A stretch of 43,899 nucleotides of DNA from Alloascoidea hylecoeti (Eukaryota), in NCBI GenBank assembly GCA_001600815.1, contig BCKZ01000006.1:496001-539899 (forward strand), read 5' to 3'. The position numbers were made by a program, and so were the translations under genes. Numbering within the stretch: the first letter of the stretch is position 1; each line of letters opens with the position of its first letter. A model generated the notes under the pieces. It saw only the letters and a list, made by a program, of their open reading frames with translations, was not told where the DNA came from and made no database searches. Positions 35,942-43,899 of the stretch are shown one piece after another.

Positions 35942-36397
35942 ATGGACACTTCAAATCCTGAACAACCTTCGAATTCTACAACAGAACTCGAGGAAGTTTG
36001 CACGCATGGACATCTCGTACGGGTTAGAGAACAGGTCCCTTCATGAAATCTCCCCACATATTCAGAACTAGAGATAGTCAAACAACAGGAGTTGGAAAGT
36101 GTCCCACCTTATACCAAAACATCAGTGAACACCCATGATAAAGGCTACTATGACTCGAATAATGAATTGGTTCTGTATGAAGATAACATACTATCAAAAC
36201 AACAAGCATCATGGACTAGTTCTGTTAACATGAAAAAAATAAAATCCAGAAAACAAAAGCACAAGACACAGATGGGCACCTTAAGCATAGACCATGATCA
36301 TTACAGATATTCTTTAGAACCACCATCTGTACACAGACCTGGTCTACAACCAGCTAATGCTTCTGATACAGAAAAAAAGAGAAGCAGAAGACTTTAA
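35942..36397 (+). pseudogene. Rcr1/Rcr2-like PY-motif protein remnant with in-frame stop
   Basis: ATG 35942 in frame with ORF 36092-36397 but TGA at 36044; LPTY and VPPYTKTSVNTHDKGYYDSNNEL resemble the Rcr VPxYTETANExDLGYYD motif. Confidence 0.5.
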
Positions 36398-38172
36398 CTC
36401 CATATACTTATGAACATTACAGAGCTTATGTGAGCGAAAAGTTTGCAACGCCAAACAATTCTTCAAACAGGAACCCCTGATAATTCAATTAATAGCGATA
36501 GATAGTCTAGAATTATTCCTTTTTTGAACCATTTTAGTCTCAAATCTGACGATTGGAATAGTCAATCAAGTAATAATTCTGGTAAATAAAGTATTGGATT
36601 TGCAAATACTAATTTTAGTGGTCAGTCAAGTAGGCTAACTATATTATATTCGAACGCATACGAATATTACTCGAATTCTTATTCATATTATAGTGATTAA
36701 CTATTCTTTTATTATTCGTTATTTCTGTTGCTGTTCTTTATTATTTGTGTGCCTATTATCTCTATATTTTAATCTTTAATCAAATATATTATCCAATAAA
36801 TTACTGCTCATATTAATATTGACTTAATAGTAAAATCTTATTTGTGCGCCAGTCACTCTGAAATACAAATTTTTAGCATTCATGGACAGAATGGGGTGAC
36901 TCCGTATAGCAATAAGCATATGATCGTGGGATGATAAGTGTGGCACATTTAGTTAGGAGGATCAGACTTAACTTTTCCTTCTGCTGGAGAGACCCAATCT
37001 CCGGGAATATAATCCAACATTGTGTAACAACAGTAATCACTTAAGTTCTATCCCTTTCATTCACCATCTTTCCGCCCAATTCTAATAGTTGGAGAAATTT
37101 TGATATGTCAAAGATAATTTATATATTAAAGAAGGATAATGTAACTATGCATCCATAATCTTGATTTATACATTCTGAGATGTGGGGTCTCCCCGTTTTG
37201 TCGAACTTCCTTCCTTCAGTATTTTCCCAAACTATATATAGCTATATAGAATAATGTCTTTAGTCCTGTCACAGTCTATTACAATCATGTCCTCGTTCGA
37301 TATGAACTGTGTGTAATATTATAGAAGAAAACCATCTGTAGTTTCACCACCAATTATAAATGGATCTACTACTGTAATTGACTGCTAATTATATCGAGCA
37401 GGTAGAGTATTGAGATATGAATTTGAGCAGTAAATTTTTAATTAATATATGGAAGTCATAATGGAACACTCCATTAGTACCAGCATAACTGGTTGTAGCA
37501 TCTATTTTATTTTTCTACTGTTCAGAATACAATTAAATATTTCAAAGTGGTGGAGGAGTTGGATATTTAAGATAAACGAAACCAATAAAATCTGATTCTA
37601 ACCAAATACAAAAACGCTGCAAATATTATAGAATGCTGCTAATCCCTTAGATAATTGTTACTATGCTTTATTTTTTTATTAGTTCTTGATTAAAAAGTAT
37701 TTGGGTGATGGCATAATTTAGTCATGTCTTCGATAAATTATTTCTCCAAACTGGTGATAATGTTCAAGCTTCGCTAACCAAGTTTAGTTATATTAATGGA
37801 CTCCATCGAATTCCTTGCTTTTGAATCACCCTTCATTTAGCCAGAATGAAATTCTAATTTTAAATAGAACTACCCAGTTGAGATGCATATGGTTAAAGAT
37901 TTAGGATTCGGCCGAGTTGGATTTGGTATTCTTAACTGTGGTAGGATCACAAGATGGAAATATAATCGTCAAAGACATAAAACATCGTTATCTATTTATA
38001 AGTATAGTTATTTAAGATAAAGCTAATCTTTGTTACCAATCACGGCATGATCATATGAGCATAATAGTAAGTAGCAAGGAAAGAAAAGCAGTATTATGGG
38101 AAGGGGAAAATGGTTAAATGAAGAAGGTTATCAACAAACGACAAATTGCGATAAGGGCACCATATATCTCAT

Positions 38173-39277
38173 TCATAATCTAGAAATGTTGGAATCAAAT
38201 TCTTCTACTAATTTCACAACACCTTCAGCAGCTCCATACGATGATTGGTAACCTGCTCCACCTGCTCCGTAATTGTGAACAACTTTCCCAACACCAATAA
38301 TGTATTCCTTTTCCAATCTAATATTTCCTTCTCTGTAAGGTCTTAAACCGACTTGGACCCTTACAATATCAATTTCCTTGCCTCCCTCTACTAACTCTGG
38401 AGCATATTTGATCGCTCGTTCAATGGTTCGCTTTTTTAAACCTTCATCTGGTTCACCATCGTAAACATGGGGTAGAAAGCAACCTCCAATAATTGTTCCA
38501 CCTTCTTTCCTAGGCATCATATAGATTGCTTCGCTTGGATAGTCTTTAAACCCCCCTCTGTAAAAAAGCCTTTTTGAATTGTTTCTTAATAGAAGAACCT
38601 GTCCTCTAACTGGGTAAACCTTTTTGTCCTCTACACCTCCAAGTTTTCCAGCTAGTAGACCAGTACAATTTATAATAACATCAGGATTCGAAACTGAATG
38701 GTGGTAGTCATTTGCTTCCCTAATGTGATTGATATGAACTCTTTTATAAACCCCTCCCAAATTGGAAATCTTGCTAAGAAGAAAATTGAGGTAAATTGAC
38801 GTTGAAATGACAACTGTTTTGAATCTATAACCGAATAAAATACCATCATCTTGAAGTTCTTTTTTTGGAAGTATTTCAAAATCTTCAACAAGGTCTTTAT
38901 ACCAAGGGAGTTCTCTCTCTACGGTATTGTCATCCTTATGAACCCAATAGTCTTGGGTTTGAATACAGATTCCAGAGGCTGGCTCCTCTCTGGCGAGTCT
39001 CATCAACTCCGGATAAGAAACAGCATCATAATGTTGGAGTCTGTATTCATCCTTTAGAGCGAAACTCATCCAATTCGCGCCAGCCCATGGACTTGTGTAG
39101 TAGAGATCTAAATCACCTGGTAGATGTCGAGCAATAATTGTAACATCATGACCTTTCTTCAAGAGCAAATAAGCGGATGTGAGGCCATAGACCCCAGCAC
39201 TAGAATATTATTAGTCATAACTACACTACTTTTGCAGAAGAATTTATCACATACCCAACGACAACGATTTTAGCCAT
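38173..39277 (-). CDS. D-amino acid / D-aspartate oxidase, peroxisomal, 2 exons (39277-39255, 39199-38173)
   Basis: Intron 39254-39200 GTATGT..GACTAAT..TAG restores MAKIVVVGAGVYGLTSA; YTSPWAGANW, PVRGQ, VGLRPYR, HNYGAGGAGYQSSYG; C-terminal SRL (PTS1). Confidence 0.95.
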
Positions 39278-40334
39278 TATTATCTTAGTTAAGAGTAAAT
39301 AATCGATTAAATTGATATATAGAAGGAAAGAAGAAAGGGATGCAAAATGTGGTTTAAATAATGCAATTATACCTCAATGCTTCAATTTCAACTGGCCATA
39401 ATTTTCTTAAGCTTGGAGAATCTGATGCAGATTGATCAGCATAATTATAATCCTACTTAATCAGGAAATATAGTATTCAGTTATTTGTTAAATTTTTGAA
39501 ATAAGATTTGCTTCAACTAGGGTCCCTGGCCTGAAAATGATATTAATGGGAACGTGATTAATATTAAATTAAATATCATAATTACCAATCACAACCATGA
39601 ATATAAAACTCCGAGCCGTTTGTATGAAGGTAATTAACTTATATAAGTATCTGATAATCATACGTTAATTATTATCGAAGGTGTGCCGGTATAATTATAA
39701 GTAACAACATAGTATCTATGTTTGGGAGTTGTTTGAACTAGGACGACGTCAATTGTCAATGATTTGATTTAAATTTACAAGTAACGTAAACCGTTACCAA
39801 CTTACCATCAAACAAAATACCACCCGAAATCGACACAGAGACTAATATTAAAAGCAATATTAATCAATATCTAGGTATAATAAAACGGCGGTGATTGAGG
39901 GCTACAACTCAACTCGGGTCCCCTACCCGTTAACAAAATAGAGAATAGATATAACCGTACGAGCTCATCAATCGTGATATCGATGTAGGCTATATACATC
40001 ATATCTACTGTAACTTATTATATCCAAACTTGAACTTGCTTTCATTAATGTTTGCTTAAATTCAAATTTACAGATGTTAATTAGAATATTGCGGCCAGAT
40101 TTAATTAAGGCAACTATGGCTACTATTATGCAGTATAATGATAATTCAAGGTAAACTCATAAATTATATCGATAATTAAATATATTTTTATTCATTCTTT
40201 TAGCTAAATTATAGGATCATATATTACGTAGAATATATATATCATTTTATAATGTCTGTGTTGACTTATAATTAACGTTCAAAATGGTATATTAACGATA
40301 AAAACGACCATTAACAGTTATAAATGTTTAGATA

Positions 40335-41456
40335 TTAAATATCATAAATAGAAAAACTTTCATCGATACCACCTTTCCAACTCAAGTGTTGTTGATCAGT
40401 AATTAGATCATTATCAGTACATGTAGTTGGATTATTATCAGTAATTAGATCATCATCATAATTCATTATTATGTCAGATAGAGAGTCTCTAATTGATCTC
40501 GAAATTTCAAGAGGAGCAGTAAAGTCAATTGCAAATGCCGTTATAGCAGATTTACAATTGGTTTTATTATTAATAATACTTGATTCATCAGGTATTCCCT
40601 TAATTCCATGGAATACCTGATCGAGTGCAGAAGATGATCCAAATTGTTTGTCAAAAATTCCAGTTGTTGCATTATAAACCAACTTCTTATACCTTGATCC
40701 AGGCCCATTAAATCGTGTGTACACAAATGGTGGATCCATGCAACCAATATCAGAAACCTCCGAGACTTTTGGAAAATTAACATTCAAGCCAACTCCTGGG
40801 TGAAGCATTTTCTTTCCATTATCAAAGAGTCGAAAAATATGGTTTGTCAATTCGACTACCTTTCGAGCGTAAATATTAGCCGAGAGGTTTGGATCATTAG
40901 ATAATCCATCCAAGTAACTGCTACTTGCGTTGGGTGGTTTATTAGAACCTGAAAACGATATAGCAGGAACATTTCGTGCTATCCCATTGTATGCTCCAGC
41001 AATAGTTCCTGAACTAGTCAAAGACATTGGGCCTATATTATTCCCTTTATTCGGTCCTGATATTACCAAATCAATTTCAATCTCTTGAAAGTATAGGGGG
41101 AAAACATAATCGAAGGCAAATGCAACACAAGCAGCTGTTGTTCCATTAAAGTACCAAATATTTTTATCCCCTTTATCATGACCCCAGGATGGATCTCCTG
41201 CTTTTAGGATTCCGTATATATCATCTCTCTCTAAGGTGGGTGATGATGGATAGACAAATCTTCCACCTTGTCCCGATTGATCTGTAGCAGGTGCCACCAA
41301 TATAACATTGTGTCCTTGATTTCTTAAGGAATTATAGGTAGCTCTTATATTCGTCGATACCCATGAGTCATCATTTGTCAGTAAAATATTTTTTGGTATG
41401 AACGTGTTGAGTGAAGTTAAGGAAATGAGATAAGAAAAAAGATGACGAAACTTCAT
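40335..41456 (-). CDS. Secreted SurE-family acid phosphatase / 5'-nucleotidase
   Basis: Signal peptide, NILLTNDD, VAPATDQSGQG, DLVISGPNKGNN, SGTIAG, LNVNFP. Confidence 0.9.
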   Translation of the reverse strand: MKFRHLFSYLISLTSLNTFIPKNILLTNDDSWVSTNIRATYNSLRNQGHNVILVAPATDQSGQGGRFVYPSSPTLERDDIYGILKAGDPSWGHDKGDKNIWYFNGTTAACVAFAFDYVFPLYFQEIEIDLVISGPNKGNNIGPMSLTSSGTIAGAYNGIARNVPAISFSGSNKPPNASSSYLDGLSNDPNLSANIYARKVVELTNHIFRLFDNGKKMLHPGVGLNVNFPKVSEVSDIGCMDPPFVYTRFNGPGSRYKKLVYNATTGIFDKQFGSSSALDQVFHGIKGIPDESSIINNKTNCKSAITAFAIDFTAPLEISRSIRDSLSDIIMNYDDDLITDNNPTTCTDNDLITDQQHLSWKGGIDESFSIYDI

Positions 41457-42960
41457 ATTTCAGTATCTGTGTATCGTATCCTCCGATTCAACAATAAATA
41501 ATGATATTTTTTTTAAATTTTATAATTGTTTAGAAAAAAATAATGATGCTGTGCTTTAATATTCTACAATATACATTCCAACTATAATTTAGTGAAACAA
41601 CATTAACGTTTCCCCTAATTAACCAACTTACACGTTTCAAACCTATTTATGTATCATATTCTTATAATTATAACATTTTAGTTGTAGTTCAGAATCCATA
41701 AGGGATAAAAATATTATACATAAGCTTATGATAATGTTTATGCAGTCATCCCACTTAATCTAGGCCATGTGATGGACTAAAATTTAGACCATGCTTTAGG
41801 CGAAATAATTGGCTTCGTGATGATGGAATGATCAGCGTCGTAGAACACTAATTTTGGGCCACCTTCAATAGCCACATTTTAATTCTTCTACATGCATATA
41901 GATACTAGGAACGCATATTTAGAAAACCACACAATACCTTATCTCAATAAGTGAATGCAGATGTGTGCTGTAATATTTCCTCATGGAGTATTATGTAGAA
42001 TCGCATGCATATCTTCTGGAGACCAAAATTTCGAACGGGAGAAAAAAGTTTAAGTGGCCCGCAAAAAGAATTCAAAATCAAAAATATAGTGATTACTTTC
42101 CAAAACTAACTATGCATCATAATATTCATAAAATTTTACAATATAAATGCCACTGAGTTATCGGAGTAAGATTCTATGCACGGTGGGTTTGTGGCTACCC
42201 AAATTTAATGCATATGCCATTACCTCTGAATTAGTAAATATAAGTTTTAATTTTTCATATACTGGAATTATGTGTTACCGAAAACATTTAAATTAGCATC
42301 ATTATATTGCCTCCGATACATACGGCTTGCTACATTATATACATGTGGTTCACAGCCGTCTTTCCGTATGCAATTGCATTATCTATTGTAATTTGAACTA
42401 ATGTTAGAATAACGTAGCTCTAGGATTTAAAAGAGAAGCTACATTTGCCCATTAGCAGGTGTATTTATAACCGTTGATTGTTACTGCAGCTGATTCACAC
42501 CAATGAAAAAGCGTTCTAGATTTATTAGTAATGGAAAGCTGTATTATTATATGTAAAATCGGCTTAAAAAATTGGTTGCCGACACTAACGTTAACGATTC
42601 ACACACAATTTCACAGTAACCATGCCATGGTCAGCTTAAGGTGTTGGAAAAGGAATATACCTGTTATCTTTTAGCAATTATTTTTATTATGTATTTGACA
42701 TCTATAATATACAGAAATATATATTGTGTCATTTTCCGACAAAGACCGAGAGGACAGGAGTATTCATAAAAAAAATAGAGGCATAATTCTAATATTTTAT
42801 CTTCATTTTCAAGTCAGCAATACCGAATCTTCCCGTTGTATAAATGCCATAATTATAACTATTTCTGAATAATATCGGTATATGTGCAGATAAACCTCGG
42901 ATTAACCAAAATTATTTACAAAGAAATGATTTTGATACTCTTTTTTATATATTTTATTAT

Positions 42961-43899
42961 TTTATCTTTTTATTCACTCAAAGATTGCTAATTGAAATTA
43001 ATACTCATCCTAAACAGTAGTTTATTTCAAATGTATATAAGCAGCTGGATTTCCTCGTTACTCTATTTTCTATTCTCATTTTTCATTGCAATTGATATCA
43101 CAATTATAAGTTAATGGTAAGTATACTGCAAGTGTCAATTTAAACTTAAATATAGATACTAACACATTGATCCTGTTAGCAAAATGGCTTCAGATTCGTC
43201 TGTAGAAAGTTTCAAGGGTGATAATGAAGAGGTTGCTTCTTATAAACCCAAAAATAATTTATCAATGAGTCGTTCAAAAACAAGAGATTTGGAAGGAAAT
43301 AACGAAGAAGAGGCTTTTTCCGAGCATCTGCGTACGGTTTTAAGTGATCAAAACGCCGTTGAAAGAATCCAATCTTTAGCTAGGTCTTTATCAAGACGTG
43401 TTGCTGCTCAAGGTCGTTTCGAAGTGGATCCTGATGATTTCGATCTTCAAGTCTTACTCCACTATTTGAATTCAAAGGGTCTCGAACAAGGAATTGAAGA
43501 TAGTGCGGCTGGTGTTGCTTTCAAAGGGCTTACTGCAACTGGTGTGGATGTGTCAGCTGCATATGGTCCTTCTGTTGAAGAAATGGCAAGAGGATTTCTT
43601 AGTCTCCCTGGAAAGTTATTCAAAAGGGAAAAGAAACCCGTGAGAAATATTATCGAAAATGTCACTGGTGTAGTCAAAGCTGGTGAAATGTGTTTTGTTA
43701 TTGGTAGACCAGGTGCTGGTTGTTCTACTCTATTAAAATGTTGTTCTGGTGAAACTTCAGAACTTGTGTCTGTAACGGGAGAATTCTCTTACGATGGTCT
43801 TAGCCAAGAACAAATGATGGAGGTGTATAAAGGATACGTTGTTTATAATCCTGAACTAGATACACATTTCCCTCATTTGAAAGTTAAGGATACTATTGA
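42961..43899 (+). repeat. Right arm of long inverted repeat, runs off window end
   Basis: Matches reverse complement of 28375-29313 with no mismatch noticed by eye. Confidence 0.95.
43184..43899 (+). CDS. PDR12: Pdr12-like ABC transporter copy 2, 3'-partial (leader intron 43117-43179)
   Basis: ATGGCTTCAGATTCG = MASDSS..., same sequence as copy 1 to the window end. Confidence 0.9.
   Translation, partial: MASDSSVESFKGDNEEVASYKPKNNLSMSRSKTRDLEGNNEEEAFSEHLRTVLSDQNAVERIQSLARSLSRRVAAQGRFEVDPDDFDLQVLLHYLNSKGLEQGIEDSAAGVAFKGLTATGVDVSAAYGPSVEEMARGFLSLPGKLFKREKKPVRNIIENVTGVVKAGEMCFVIGRPGAGCSTLLKCCSGETSELVSVTGEFSYDGLSQEQMMEVYKGYVVYNPELDTHFPHLKVKDTI

Noticed and set aside
36600..38050. Moderately complex intergenic DNA that might be another pseudogene
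   Set aside because: No consistent frame or motif found on either strand
29314..42960. Mating-type genes inside the inverted-repeat interval
   Set aside because: No homeodomain, HMG or alpha-box ORF seen; the MAT flip/flop comparison is architectural only

Overview
AT-rich, intron-containing budding-yeast (Saccharomycotina) chromosomal DNA. CTG reads as Leu at conserved IST1 positions, so the standard code applies. Intact genes: 3' end of a KH-domain RNA-binding protein, a basic Ser/Pro-rich protein, a 6-exon CDF metal transporter, RPL3, SFA1, a very divergent UFD1-like gene, IST1, PIK1, IMPDH (hosting an intronic snR54-type C/D snoRNA), a Gly-rich secreted protein, an intron-containing tRNA-Ser(UGA), a PDR12-like ABC transporter, DBR1, BFR2, D-amino acid oxidase and a SurE-type phosphatase. 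Main findings: (1) a second, inverted copy of the ABC transporter starts at 43184 and is identical as far as I could compare. The two copies bracket a ~13.6 kb segment holding both diverged distal promoters, a potentially invertible, promoter-swapping cassette. (2) A frameshift-riddled spliced pseudogene of the meiotic crossover ligase ZIP3/CST9 sits head-to-head with RPL3. (3) A Ty1/copia Gag-like ORF appears to have been fused to a transmembrane tail and then broken. (4) Other decayed ORFs, a degenerate ~160-190 bp tandem array and a sharp GC island over IST1. Homology calls come from remembered family motifs, not database searches.
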